Shown here piece after piece: positions 1-9,021 of a stretch of DNA of 42,087 nucleotides. The stretch lies in the IMG/VR virus record IMGVR_UViG_2565956712_000007; one strand, given 5' to 3'. The notes under the pieces were generated by a model, which was given only the letters and a program-made list of their open reading frames with translations, did not search any database and had not been told where the DNA came from. Numbering within the stretch: position 1 is the first letter of the stretch; every line of letters begins with the position of its first letter. Source of the stretch: a virus. Its lineage: Duplodnaviria > Heunggongvirae > Uroviricota > Caudoviricetes. A program made the translations under genes and the position numbers.

Positions 1-516
1 ATGAAATTAAAAAAATGTCTTCTGCCTGTGGCAATGTTAGCGTCATTTACTCTGGCAGGATGCCAGTCAAATGCTGATGATCATGCCGCCGATGTTTATC
101 AAACCGATCAACTGAATACCAAACAAGAAACTAAAACCGTTAATATTATTTCCATTCTTCCCGCAAAAGTTGCCGTAGACAACGCCCAAAATAAACGGAA
201 CGCACAAGCCTTCGGCGCGCTTATTGGCGCTGTCGCTGGCGGTGTTATCGGCCACAACGTCGGGTCTGGCAGCAATTCCGGAACGACAGCAGGTGCAGTT
301 GGCGGCGGAGCTGTTGGCGCAGCAGCGGGTTCTATGGTGAATGATAAAACCTTAGTGGAAGGTGTTTCTTTAACATATAAGGAAGGCACCAAAGTGTATA
401 CCTCCACCCAGGTGGGTAAAGAGTGCCAGTTTACGACAGGTTTAGCCGTTGTTATTACCACGACGTATAACGAAACGCGTATTCAGCCAAATACCAAATG
501 TCCTGAAAAGAGCTAA
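1..516 (+). CDS. Lipoprotein with glycine-zipper segment (YcfJ / Rick_17kDa-like); host or prophage cargo
   Basis: Signal peptide with LAGC lipobox; Gly-rich GALIGAVAGGVIGHNVGSG block; strong RBS of next gene immediately downstream. Confidence 0.6.
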   Translation: MKLKKCLLPVAMLASFTLAGCQSNADDHAADVYQTDQLNTKQETKTVNIISILPAKVAVDNAQNKRNAQAFGALIGAVAGGVIGHNVGSGSNSGTTAGAVGGGAVGAAAGSMVNDKTLVEGVSLTYKEGTKVYTSTQVGKECQFTTGLAVVITTTYNETRIQPNTKCPEKS

Positions 517-531
517 TAATCAGGAGGAGTC

Positions 532-1071
532 ATGAAGAAAGTTTTTCTTTGCGCCATCTTAGCCTCCTTAAGCTATCCGGCTATCGCCTCATCATTGCAG
601 GATCAACTCTCGGCTGTCGCAGAAGCGGAACAGCAAGGTAAAAATGAAGAGCAAAGGCAGCATGACGAATGGGTCGCGGAGCGCAACAGGGAAATCCAGC
701 AAGAGAAGCAACGTCGCGCAAACGCCCAGGCCGCGGCTAATAAAAGAGCGGCAACGGCAGCAGCGAATAAGAAAGCTCGTCAGGATAAACTGGACGCCGA
801 AGCCACTGCGGACAAAAAACGCGATCAAAGTTATGAAGATGAGCTACGTAGCTTAGAGATTCAGAAGCAAAAACTGGCGCTGGCGAAAGAAGAAGCCCGC
901 GTTAAGCGCGAAAACGAATTTATCGATCAGGAACTGAAGCACAAAGCTGCGCAAACCGATGTGGTGCAATCTGAAGCTGACGCAAACAGAAATATGACTG
1001 AAGGCGGTCGCGATCTGATGAAAAGCGTGGGTAAAGCAGAAGAGAACAAATCGGACAGCTGGTTTAACTAA
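532..1071 (+). CDS. Secreted charged coiled-coil protein, hypothetical
   Basis: AGGAGG RBS 8 nt upstream of ATG; N-terminal signal peptide; K/E/Q/A-rich low-complexity body. Confidence 0.6.
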   Translation: MKKVFLCAILASLSYPAIASSLQDQLSAVAEAEQQGKNEEQRQHDEWVAERNREIQQEKQRRANAQAAANKRAATAAANKKARQDKLDAEATADKKRDQSYEDELRSLEIQKQKLALAKEEARVKRENEFIDQELKHKAAQTDVVQSEADANRNMTEGGRDLMKSVGKAEENKSDSWFN

Positions 1072-1110
1072 GCGATGTCAGTAACTTCAAGCCTATGATT
1101 CGTGAGTATA

Positions 1111-1142
1111 AAAAACCCTCTGTAGTAACAGAGGGTTTTGTT
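1111..1142. terminator. Bidirectional intrinsic terminator between convergent genes
   Basis: Stem CCCTCTG / CAGAGGG with 6-nt loop, A-run before and TTTTGTT after. Confidence 0.7.
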
Positions 1143-1289
1143 CATTCATAGTACAGGGTTCAAATCATTCCCACTCAATTATTTACGGATACCATAACTA
1201 ATTGACTGATAACAACTTCCTGCAACATGATTTTCACCGTACCGTTTTATATACCGTCACCGGAAATCAGTACCATGAAAAATGCCATG

Positions 1290-1772
1290 CTATCTTGTCA
1301 GGGTGTCATACTGTTTTTCGCAGACTCTTCCGGCTTCGGCTGCCCGGTCAGCATACTCTGCCAGTTGTCTGTTTCTCTCGAGAGATTTGCTGAGCACGTC
1401 GGCAAGCAAAACTCCGGTGTCTGCGGCTGACGTCCCAGCGCCGACAATGGCGTTATACTGCCTGAGCTGCTCACGGATGGCAAAGAGTTGTTGCTGCAAC
1501 CTGCCAGCGCGAGCGGCAGCATCAAGAGCATCATTGCGCGCCTGGTCGATTCTCTGCTGCGCTTCACGTTCATTGGTCACTTTCTCCTGTTCGTAGTACT
1601 GACGAACTTTGTCTTCTTCGTCTTTGCGGTCTTCTTCCGCCTGCGCATACCCGGCATCGTACTGGCGACTGCCGTGTATATTCCAGGCAACCACTCCGAC
1701 GATGAACAGAGCAGCAAGCATCACCACGATAATCAGTTGTTTCCAATATGCTTTTACGAATGCCCAGATCAT
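1290..1772 (-). CDS. Rz-like i-spanin
   Basis: N-terminal TM segment then charged coiled coil; ATGA overlap with upstream endolysin; contains embedded lipoprotein ORF. Confidence 0.7.
   Translation of the reverse strand: MIWAFVKAYWKQLIIVVMLAALFIVGVVAWNIHGSRQYDAGYAQAEEDRKDEEDKVRQYYEQEKVTNEREAQQRIDQARNDALDAAARAGRLQQQLFAIREQLRQYNAIVGAGTSAADTGVLLADVLSKSLERNRQLAEYADRAAEAGRVCEKQYDTLTR
1298..1573 (-). CDS. Rz1-like o-spanin lipoprotein, embedded in Rz in another frame (true start probably an internal Met)
   Basis: LPLALAGC lipobox, Pro-containing short ORF wholly inside 1290..1772. Confidence 0.55.
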   Translation of the reverse strand: MNVKRSRESTRRAMMLLMLPLALAGCSNNSLPSVSSSGSITPLSALGRQPQTPEFCLPTCSANLSRETDNWQSMLTGQPKPEESAKNSMTP

Positions 1773-2398
1773 ATAGCCAGCACCTTACTGGCAGTGACGT
1801 ACCGCGCGCGCCGGTCGTCGATGCCGTTCCGGCCACCATTGATAATCAGAGTTACACGTGCAATATCACCGGTATACTTCATGCATCCTTTGCTGGCAAA
1901 GAACCACGCCGCGCTACGAGCCGCGTATTCGTCCTGCGCCAGCAGTTCAGGATTCTCCAGCAGGTCAACTTTCAGACCGTTTCCGCAGTCACGATAGTTA
2001 TTCAAACCGGTAATCTGGATAAGCCCGCGCCCACGGTAATTCCAGCCATCACCAGGGGCATTGTTCCCCATGCGTTTGCTGTACACCAGATTTGCGATCG
2101 CGCGCTGGCGCTCGAGTGGCAATGGTGGTTCACCAGCACGGCGACCAAGTGCATTAGCCTGCCCCTGAGTGAGACGCCCAGCCCGAACGAAGTTAGCCAA
2201 TCCGGTTACGCTGTAGTTGAAATTTTCCTGCAACCGGGTGAAGCCTCCAGACTCATGCCCGACCTGAGCAATAAACATTGCCTGATCTTCTGGTTTGCTG
2301 ATACCAAACTCTTTCATCGCAGAAGTTATATGCGAGAACCAGCGAGCGGCCAGTTCCTCGCTGATACCAGCAGCTCGCTGGAATTGTTTAATCTCCAT
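1769..2398 (-). CDS. Endolysin, glycoside hydrolase family 19 (chitinase-like)
   Basis: Motifs QVGHESGGF and [12 protein letters not shown] typical of GH19 catalytic core; sits in lysis cassette. Confidence 0.85.
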   Translation of the reverse strand: MEIKQFQRAAGISEELAARWFSHITSAMKEFGISKPEDQAMFIAQVGHESGGFTRLQENFNYSVTGLANFVRAGRLTQGQANALGRRAGEPPLPLERQRAIANLVYSKRMGNNAPGDGWNYRGRGLIQITGLNNYRDCGNGLKVDLLENPELLAQDEYAARSAAWFFASKGCMKYTGDIARVTLIINGGRNGIDDRRARYVTASKVLAI

Positions 2399-2696
2399 GT
2401 TTAGACCTCGTTATTTTGAAAATCTGAACTACGTTACCGCGCGTTTTAATGACTGCAGCAAGCATGACAGCGTTGATAATGACCTCAGATAAATCCACAA
2501 CCATTGGCGTGCGTAACCAGATTGCATAAGCGACACGAACTGGAATGCTGGCCGCAGCAACAATCAGGAAATAAGCAAGCCACCCACCCCATCGCCTGTG
2601 TTGAGAACCGTTTCTCCGAAATGTGGCAACTCGAACTGCTATACCGGCGCAAATAACCGCATTGGTGGTAAGCAAAAAAAGCTCATGAGTTACCAT
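2388..2696 (-). CDS. Holin-like small membrane protein
   Basis: About 100 aa, hydrophobic segments, immediately upstream of endolysin with overlap. Confidence 0.5.
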   Translation of the reverse strand: MVTHELFLLTTNAVICAGIAVRVATFRRNGSQHRRWGGWLAYFLIVAAASIPVRVAYAIWLRTPMVVDLSEVIINAVMLAAVIKTRGNVVQIFKITRSKHGD

Positions 2697-3096
2697 CGTC
2701 TTTTCTCCCCGGAATTAACTCGCGTGGATTATCGGAACGGTGATAGAGCCAGATCCCAATTCGCACAGCGACGATTGCTGACACAAATGCACCGGCAGAG
2801 AAAACAATCCCTTTCTCGAAAGAATCCTGTGTGATTGTAGGGATCAGGCTGGCTATGCCGATAAGAATTGATGCTGCTGGTTTGTAGAATAGAAGTCCGC
2901 AGAGAAAGCTAAGCATCGACAAGAGCACGCGACGACGAATGGGATACTCTACCGCAGAGGTAACAAAAATCACCGCCCCAGCCAAAGACCCCAAAGCAAC
3001 CTCAGGAGGAACTCCTGCTATCACTGCCGCCAAAGAACTCATGCTAAGCCACTGATTTAAAGTTTCACTGGTTAGTTGAGCTGACATGTTTTCCAC
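2683..3096 (-). CDS. Holin / antiholin-like multi-TM membrane protein
   Basis: Several hydrophobic helices; first gene of lysis cassette; AT-rich promoter region upstream. Confidence 0.5.
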   Translation of the reverse strand: MENMSAQLTSETLNQWLSMSSLAAVIAGVPPEVALGSLAGAVIFVTSAVEYPIRRRVLLSMLSFLCGLLFYKPAASILIGIASLIPTITQDSFEKGIVFSAGAFVSAIVAVRIGIWLYHRSDNPRELIPGRKDDGNS

Positions 3097-3456
3097 CGTT
3101 TATATGCATAACTACCTCCTGAACAGTAAAGCATTACGCATGATAAACCATTTATGGTTTTTTGTTACCCGATATTATCAATCCAATTCGCGATGGTCAA
3201 AACATATCCACAGCGGTAAGTTTGAGTGTTTTCATTTCCAAAACTTTATACAAAAATATATGCAGTCTGTTATTTTTACGCACAATAAAAACACGATACC
3301 AGCTATTTCGCCATAAATACAATTTCCTTTAATGCTGCCAACAGAGCCTGCAAAACATATAACAGAACACATAAATAACAGGCATAATATAGATTTAATA
3401 ATCTAAGTGCATATAAATATCATTTAAGAAGTTAAGAGCATTATTATAATAACAAT

Positions 3457-3480
3457 AACCCCGCTGTTTTATTCGGGGTT
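3457..3480 (-). terminator. Hairpin terminator just 3' of tailspike
   Basis: Stem AACCCCG / CGGGGTT, T/A-rich flanks, 14 nt after the tailspike stop. Confidence 0.55.
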
Positions 3481-3493
3481 ATTGCATTTATTA

Positions 3494-6469
3494 TTACATT
3501 GACATTAATATAAACATGGCTAATTCATCATAGCGAATTCCGTATCGTCCTCCTGCTTTTTTTACAAGAATCATATTTCCTGTTTTATATTGAGAATAAA
3601 TTTTCTCACCTGTATCAGGATCTGTGCTCTCTTCAGTTATCACCTCTTCATCCCATACGTCAGGCCATTCATCGTAACACCAAAAAGCATATTGCTCAGG
3701 ATTTAAACCATGCTTTCTAAGAATATCCCCTACGGTTTGAGCGCCAACGCCAAAATGATACCTGGACGACTCAATTCCTTTGTGATTAATTGAGTCATTA
3801 AATTTAAATTTATAGATGACTGACTTTATTTCAATAGCGGCATCACGCTCTGCATTAAGAATATCATATCTTGTTTTAAGAGTTTCATCTGATGTATTGA
3901 TTGACCCGGTTCCTGCATAGATAACAGAGCATCTGTTTGATGGCTGTCCAATAGCTTTAACATTATCATCAACAGGAGCTATTTTATTAGCATCTGCCAA
4001 CCACCAGTCTGTTCCATCAGCGTGACCGACTCTTACTCTTATCCCACTTCTAATATTTAAACTTCCGGTATTACTCTGTAAATTACAATCTCCTGACGTT
4101 GGTCCAAGCAGTACAGTTTTACCAACACCACATACTACTCTGGCATTTCCTTTTTGTGATACGAGTCTTGACTCACCTCCCGACTGCTCAGGAAGAGATT
4201 TATGGTCTATAAATGCATCGCGGGGGTTAAATACACCGTCTCCAGAATTATATCTTCCTCCTGTATAGTTGTTAAATACAGGACCCCAGTCAACGCCATT
4301 GCCTTCAGAGCACCCGACCATTCTAAGCACTCGTGTATTCCCTGCTGCATATGGTAATGAGCTTGTTGATTGCCGGGAAGCTATCATACGTGCTCCATAA
4401 CCAATAGCATTACCACCATTTATAGTTACATATGCTTGCTGGCTTTCGAAATATGTACTGTAAAAGTTCATATTTCCACAGTCATGCAGATGAATAAGAA
4501 CATCATCCCATCCCTGAATGGTTCCTGCATGTACCTGTACACCGCGAACTGGTTCCCCTGAAACCTCCATACACTCTGATGGCCGGCTGAATGGCTGAGA
4601 CAGGTATTGCGATGTGGCAAGCAGATGTGTGTGGTGATACAGGCTGGTAATGTAGCAATCGAAAAATTGCGTTCCCGCCATACCAAAGTTATCTATGTCA
4701 TTTCGCCGTATAGTAGAACCTACTGTTGCCTCAGAAGCGTTAGACACTCCAGTAAATACTAACTTATCACCGGATACGGATAATCCTGAATAAGTGAAAT
4801 TCCTGCCTCCAGATCTTAAAACCCCGGACGTTTCGAAGGTGTGGCTTGCTGACCATGGGATTTCGATGGTGCTGGACGTTACCGCTGTAATTCGGAATAC
4901 ATCATGGGCGCGGATCGAAACCCCCTTGAATCCCTGGAATCTACAGTGATAATAGTTTTCATCCTCGCCCTGAGCAGCCAGCGTGCCAGATACAGGAATG
5001 TTCGTTTTTAAAAGTGCCGTCTTGCGCCAGTATCCAACCACCTGCAAATTGCGGTATTCATTGCCAAAAGACGCACGTGACCAAATACCTACATCCCACT
5101 CATCGCCAAGACCGGTATTTGCAATGTCTTTATAACCATCCAGACCATTGAAATATGGAACAATACGAAAGTTCTCAAGGCGAACACATCCTGTCTCTGG
5201 CATCAATATTGCGGCAGAGAATGGTTTAAGCGTGGCTCTTGTAGCCCCATTAGCATCACCGTTAGTAAAATCCAATAAATCATATGATGACGCAGGTGCC
5301 GTTGTTGTATACGGGTCTTCGGAAGATGGATTAGAAACCACACCACCACTAACATCCATATTAGAAACACAATCTACAGTATATTTTTTATTTCCTACCC
5401 CGTACATCAGGAATGTGGTCCCTGTGGTAATATCAGGAGCAAATGTTGCAGTATATCCAGAGACCCATTTGCCCACACCAAGACCAATTATCCCACCACC
5501 AGAAACAGGTGTTAACGTATCCGTTATTACATACGCATTATCAGTACCATAAATAACCTTTCCTGTGTTAAGGGCAGCTTGCCACGCGGCCCAGTCTATT
5601 GACTGAGATAATGAGTCAACAAAAGGATATAAGGATTTTGCTTCAGAAATTGAAGAAAACCTCTCAGATAATGGATGATATTTCCCATCCCCAATTGCTC
5701 CGAATTGTTTTACATTTAAGAAAAGAGCATTGTTTTCATGCTGAGTTATAGTTACAGCCCCGGCAAATGGCTGCCTTACACCAATTAATGCATCACCTTT
5801 TCCTTCTCCTGCGCTAGATAATTGCAGAAGAACATCTGCGGCACTGCCAGAAGGCACAGGTACACCTATAGGTTTACCATTGACGATACCAATGACAGTT
5901 TCTTCCAGTAAATGAACTGGAGGAAGTGGTTCAATAAAATTATCTGGAACCCGTAATGTCCTGTTAATATTCACATTAACAATATTATCAACATAATTCT
6001 TTGTAGCTGCATCTTGAGGCTTGGAAGGATCGCGCAAATTGCGGATGTAATTATTCAAAGCATCGTAATAGTTTGCCACAAATGATGGTTTGCGCAGCGC
6101 CAGGCTAAACCAACTGCGGACTTGCTGTATCAGCATCGTCAGCTTATCTAACGCGTCTTCATGCACCTCAGCGAAAAACTTTCCCTGATTTCGCAGATCA
6201 GTTTCCTGCGTAACCGGTAGCTCTCGTGATATAGAAATCTGATAACCGTTAGCTAACGCCTTCGACAGAATTACATTACCGCCATTATATCCACCAGCCC
6301 CTGTGACAGTGTAATCAGTATCAAGAGCCAGCACAGCGATATTTTCGTCAAGGTCAACCACCTGTACTGCCAGATCAGATTCCTTGAAAACCCTAAAGGT
6401 ATACGGAAATGATGTCGTAACGCCGTTACCTGTGTATTCGTTGTGGTCAACTTCGGTTGAGACCGTCAT
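3494..6469 (-). CDS. Tailspike / tail fibre (991 aa): T7-type N-terminal attachment domain, central depolymerase-like body, C-terminal chaperone-like domain
   Basis: N-terminus GNGVTTSFPYTF...LDTDYTV pattern; C-terminal ...YKFKFND...GIRYDELAMFIL; GGAGA RBS. Confidence 0.8.
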   Translation of the reverse strand: MTVSTEVDHNEYTGNGVTTSFPYTFRVFKESDLAVQVVDLDENIAVLALDTDYTVTGAGGYNGGNVILSKALANGYQISISRELPVTQETDLRNQGKFFAEVHEDALDKLTMLIQQVRSWFSLALRKPSFVANYYDALNNYIRNLRDPSKPQDAATKNYVDNIVNVNINRTLRVPDNFIEPLPPVHLLEETVIGIVNGKPIGVPVPSGSAADVLLQLSSAGEGKGDALIGVRQPFAGAVTITQHENNALFLNVKQFGAIGDGKYHPLSERFSSISEAKSLYPFVDSLSQSIDWAAWQAALNTGKVIYGTDNAYVITDTLTPVSGGGIIGLGVGKWVSGYTATFAPDITTGTTFLMYGVGNKKYTVDCVSNMDVSGGVVSNPSSEDPYTTTAPASSYDLLDFTNGDANGATRATLKPFSAAILMPETGCVRLENFRIVPYFNGLDGYKDIANTGLGDEWDVGIWSRASFGNEYRNLQVVGYWRKTALLKTNIPVSGTLAAQGEDENYYHCRFQGFKGVSIRAHDVFRITAVTSSTIEIPWSASHTFETSGVLRSGGRNFTYSGLSVSGDKLVFTGVSNASEATVGSTIRRNDIDNFGMAGTQFFDCYITSLYHHTHLLATSQYLSQPFSRPSECMEVSGEPVRGVQVHAGTIQGWDDVLIHLHDCGNMNFYSTYFESQQAYVTINGGNAIGYGARMIASRQSTSSLPYAAGNTRVLRMVGCSEGNGVDWGPVFNNYTGGRYNSGDGVFNPRDAFIDHKSLPEQSGGESRLVSQKGNARVVCGVGKTVLLGPTSGDCNLQSNTGSLNIRSGIRVRVGHADGTDWWLADANKIAPVDDNVKAIGQPSNRCSVIYAGTGSINTSDETLKTRYDILNAERDAAIEIKSVIYKFKFNDSINHKGIESSRYHFGVGAQTVGDILRKHGLNPEQYAFWCYDEWPDVWDEEVITEESTDPDTGEKIYSQYKTGNMILVKKAGGRYGIRYDELAMFILMSM

Positions 6470-6572
6470 GTTAAATCTCCAGATAGTCGCAGCACCCGTT
6501 GCGCCGCATATCTGGTTATTCTATTACCTGAAAAACCACATATGGATAGAAAGGATGTGAATACGAACAGAT

Positions 6573-6589
6573 ATTACCTTTCAGGTAAT
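6573..6589. promoter_or_regulatory. Operator-like site ATTACC-TTTCA-GGTAAT
   Basis: Perfect 6-bp inverted half-sites, 5-bp spacer; member of a 14-copy family. Confidence 0.6.
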
Positions 6590-6627
6590 TTGCAAAACGT
6601 GCTGGATAGCAAACAAATTATTTGATA

Positions 6628-6643
6628 CTGTATAAATATACAG
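6628..6643. promoter_or_regulatory. LexA (SOS) box CTGTATAAATATACAG
   Basis: CTGT-N8-ACAG with AT-rich centre, flanked tA...tt, 22 nt upstream of the ATG at 6665. Confidence 0.65.
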
Positions 6644-6664
6644 TTATTGCATGGAGAAGATAAG

Positions 6665-6922
6665 ATGCAGCAGTATCACTATCCACTGGAAGACGGATTT
6701 ACCGAAAGGATTCACACGCCGGGAGGCGTCAGGTCACTGGTGGAGGGATCGCACTTGATGAAATTACTCCGGGATCTCGATAAGGATGGATTTAATGTCG
6801 ATGGCCCACTTGCCGAACTGACTGCACTGATTAACTACGTCACCAGCTCACAGATGTCTATGCGGGATCTGCAAACACATCTCGACTATTGTGCCGAACA
6901 ATTACGAAAACAAACCCGGTAA
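6665..6922 (+). CDS. Small SOS-controlled protein (85 aa) carrying the antirepressor C-terminal module; candidate antirepressor
   Basis: GGAG RBS; C-terminal half aligns with the last 77 aa of both Ant proteins (LM.LL..L..DG..V.G..AELT...Y......RD.QTH..Y). Confidence 0.6.
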   Translation: MQQYHYPLEDGFTERIHTPGGVRSLVEGSHLMKLLRDLDKDGFNVDGPLAELTALINYVTSSQMSMRDLQTHLDYCAEQLRKQTR

Positions 6923-6929
6923 ATTTAAA

Positions 6930-6945
6930 GGCCGCAAGAGCGGCC
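6930..6945. terminator. Hairpin terminator GGCCGC-AAGA-GCGGCC between convergent genes
   Basis: Perfect 6-bp GC stem, 4-nt loop, T-rich flanks. Confidence 0.6.
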
Positions 6946-7673
6946 TATCGTTTCGCTTTGTGCTCATCCCAGCACGTTTTGCACCATGCCATTAAGCCGT
7001 CCGCATTTTGATTATTAGGGTAAAAGCTGGTTCGTTTTCTGCGGACATTACAAATTGGGCACCACTTCATATGGCGTGTATTCTTTGGGCCATCGAGACA
7101 CCTTGCACACCATTTAGTCAATCCATCTGGATTTTTTGACGATTTCCTGAATTTTTCATATGGAAGGTTTATTCTGCATCGCAAGCACTGCTTGCTACCA
7201 CTTGAAACTCTGTTAGCTGATTCTTCTTTTGGCGGCGATACAGAAGGTATTCTTGCTGGCTCTGATATTGCCTGAGGTGCTTTTTTAGATGACTGAGACG
7301 ATATGTCATCACCAGGGAATCTTCCATGATATGCCGGACGCGTTGACACTCCAGGTGGAATCTCAGCTGTAAACGGCTTTGGCTGAATCAGTTGCCTCTC
7401 TTTTGCTAACTCCTGCTGTTTATAATATGTCTGGATTACCGCACTATCATAAGCAGGAGGTGCGGAAATATTAGGCGCATTACCTCCAGTTTTTTGAAAC
7501 TGAGTAGAGGTGTGTTCTATCACCTGTGTACGATTAATCGTTATCTCCCCATCTTCGGTCTTTATCGTTTTGTTATGATTAACGACCGTACGATCAGAGA
7601 TCTTAGTCTTGTTCTGGTTGATAACGTAAATAATCACCGCAACCACACCAACAACTATCCAGAAAACTTCCAT
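6945..7673 (-). CDS. Membrane-anchored protein with duplicated Cys-rich (zinc-finger-like) C-terminal repeats; moron
   Basis: N-terminal TM helix; two C-x2-C ... W-C-x2-C repeats; operator-like site in its upstream region. Confidence 0.55.
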   Translation of the reverse strand: MEVFWIVVGVVAVIIYVINQNKTKISDRTVVNHNKTIKTEDGEITINRTQVIEHTSTQFQKTGGNAPNISAPPAYDSAVIQTYYKQQELAKERQLIQPKPFTAEIPPGVSTRPAYHGRFPGDDISSQSSKKAPQAISEPARIPSVSPPKEESANRVSSGSKQCLRCRINLPYEKFRKSSKNPDGLTKWCARCLDGPKNTRHMKWCPICNVRRKRTSFYPNNQNADGLMAWCKTCWDEHKAKR

Positions 7674-7692
7674 TGCTTTTCCTCACAATAAC

Positions 7693-7709
7693 ATTACCTT
7701 AAAGGTAAT
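7693..7709. promoter_or_regulatory. Operator-like site ATTACC-TTAAA-GGTAAT
   Basis: Perfect inverted half-sites. Confidence 0.6.
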
Positions 7710-7785
7710 ATCTTGCTTTCAGGTGATCAAGCGTTAAACGCAATCAACCAAATACGGTTGATTTTAATGTTTCTTCGCGCTTATC

Positions 7786-7802
7786 ATTACCTTTACGGTA
7801 AA
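7786..7802. promoter_or_regulatory. Operator-like site ATTACC-TTTAC-GGTAAA
   Basis: One mismatch to consensus; next to TTTACA -35-like hexamer. Confidence 0.5.
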
Positions 7803-7894
7803 TTTACATCGCACTCCTCTTGTGCCATAGTAATCGGGCACTGGCAAAATCCAGTGCCGGGATTGGCGTCCCGGATTACTACAGAGGCACATAT

Positions 7895-7915
7895 GCCGCA
7901 TAAGCGGTTTTTTTT
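7895..7915 (+). terminator. Intrinsic terminator in the ant leader
   Basis: Short GC stem GCCGC-ATAA-GCGG followed by T8. Confidence 0.5.
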
Positions 7916-8068
7916 ATGTGTAAAGCGCACCTATTCTATGGTGGGCTGTGTGGGGGCACCGAAAGGTGCGCCGGGTCCTTTGTAGCCGGTTACGCCAACC
8001 CTGCACAGTTCACCACCAACCGATTGGCGTCGGTAGTGGTGATTAACCTAACTACAAAGGTGATCACT

Positions 8069-8755
8069 ATGACTGCTAACGTAACCCCATCTGTTTTTCA
8101 TTTTGAATCAGAAGCAACCATTCGAGCCATTGTTATTGATGGAAATCCTTGGTTTGTTGCCAAAGACGTTATTAAAGCTCTTCAACTGACAAACCCCACT
8201 ATGTCAATAAAATCTCTTGATGATGATGAAAGGGCTAAATTTAACTTAGGCCGTCAAGGCGAAACCAATATTATCAACGAGTCAGGCCTCTACACACTGA
8301 TCCTCCGCTGCCGCGATGCGGTGACACCAGGCACTATCCCATACCGCTTTCGTAAATGGGTTACAGGTGAGGTTCTTCCTCAGATCCGCCGCACCGGAAG
8401 TTACATTAAAAACTCGCTCCCGCAAGAAGAACGCATAAAGATGGTTGCCGACCAGGTAGCCAACGCCACGGCGTCAGCAGTAATGCAGGCAATGAAGGTA
8501 GAGAACAAAACCTACAGCGCCCCACTGAAGCCCGGCTACCGCAGCCTGATTCATTCGCCGTCTGGTGTTCTCGGCCTGACAGAGAACTCACTGCTGATGA
8601 ATCTGCTGAACCAGTTACAGGACGACGGGCACGACGTATCGGGCGCGGCGGCGGAGCTGACCACCATGTTCTGCTACATCGTCGGTGTGAGCAAATGCCT
8701 GCGTGATATCCAGACCCACGCGGAGTACATCAACGACAAGGCAGGGTTCTTCTGA
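8069..8755 (+). CDS. Antirepressor, Bro-N-type N-terminal domain (Ant1)
   Basis: N-terminus FHFESEATIRAIVIDGNPWFVAKDV; RBS AAGGTGA; C-terminal 77 aa near-identical to Ant2. Track start 7916 is likely too far upstream. Confidence 0.8.
   Translation: MTANVTPSVFHFESEATIRAIVIDGNPWFVAKDVIKALQLTNPTMSIKSLDDDERAKFNLGRQGETNIINESGLYTLILRCRDAVTPGTIPYRFRKWVTGEVLPQIRRTGSYIKNSLPQEERIKMVADQVANATASAVMQAMKVENKTYSAPLKPGYRSLIHSPSGVLGLTENSLLMNLLNQLQDDGHDVSGAAAELTTMFCYIVGVSKCLRDIQTHAEYINDKAGFF
8522..8755 (+). repeat. Inverted repeat arm A (234 bp, about 96% identical to arm B)
   Basis: Encodes C-terminal 77 aa of Ant1; about 10 mismatches to the reverse complement of 9618..9851. Confidence 0.85.
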
Positions 8756-8825
8756 CGGCGGCGGCGCAGGGACGTGCCTTTAAATAATTCTGTACAGATT
8801 GCAGACTGGGGGTGAATAGCGTACT

Positions 8826-8842
8826 ATTACCTTAAAGGTAAA
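8826..8842. promoter_or_regulatory. Operator-like site ATTACC-TTAAA-GGTAAA
   Basis: One mismatch; directly upstream of an AAGGAGG RBS. Confidence 0.55.
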
Positions 8843-8853
8843 GGAGGCGCGAT

Positions 8854-9021
8854 ATGACAGCGTTGAAAAATCGTACTCAGCACAATGAACAAGCCAAGCA
8901 ATGCTGGGATGTCATTGGAAAAGTTATGCTTGGCCGCGCAAGCAAAGAGCGCGACAAGGATATGGTTTACCAGACAGGAACATCTTTCAGCGACTTCAAG
9001 GCGGCATTTCGCTCCAAATAG
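8854..9021 (+). CDS. Small protein (55 aa), hypothetical; first gene of cassette
   Basis: AAGGAGG RBS 6 nt before ATG; not in ORF track (under 60 aa); opposite-strand track ORF 8827..9027 has no RBS. Confidence 0.5.
   Translation: MTALKNRTQHNEQAKQCWDVIGKVMLGRASKERDKDMVYQTGTSFSDFKAAFRSK

Noticed and set aside
1202-1596. Plus-strand ORFs overlapping Rz/Rz1
   Set aside because: Antisense to the spanin gene pair, which has operon context and a lipobox.
5148-5552. 134-aa plus-strand ORF inside the tailspike gene
   Set aside because: Antisense to a long well-supported CDS; same reasoning applied to 12069..12395, 20809..21513, 25184..25921 and other embedded track ORFs.
3494-6469. P22-type tailspike
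   Set aside because: N-terminus does not match the P22 gp9 head-binding domain as I recall it; it matches the T7-type fibre N-terminus instead.
7916-8068. Track start of the Ant1 ORF at 7916
   Set aside because: N-terminal 51 codons are Cys/Gly-rich and structured-RNA-encoded with no RBS; ATG at 8069 has an RBS and begins the Bro-N domain.
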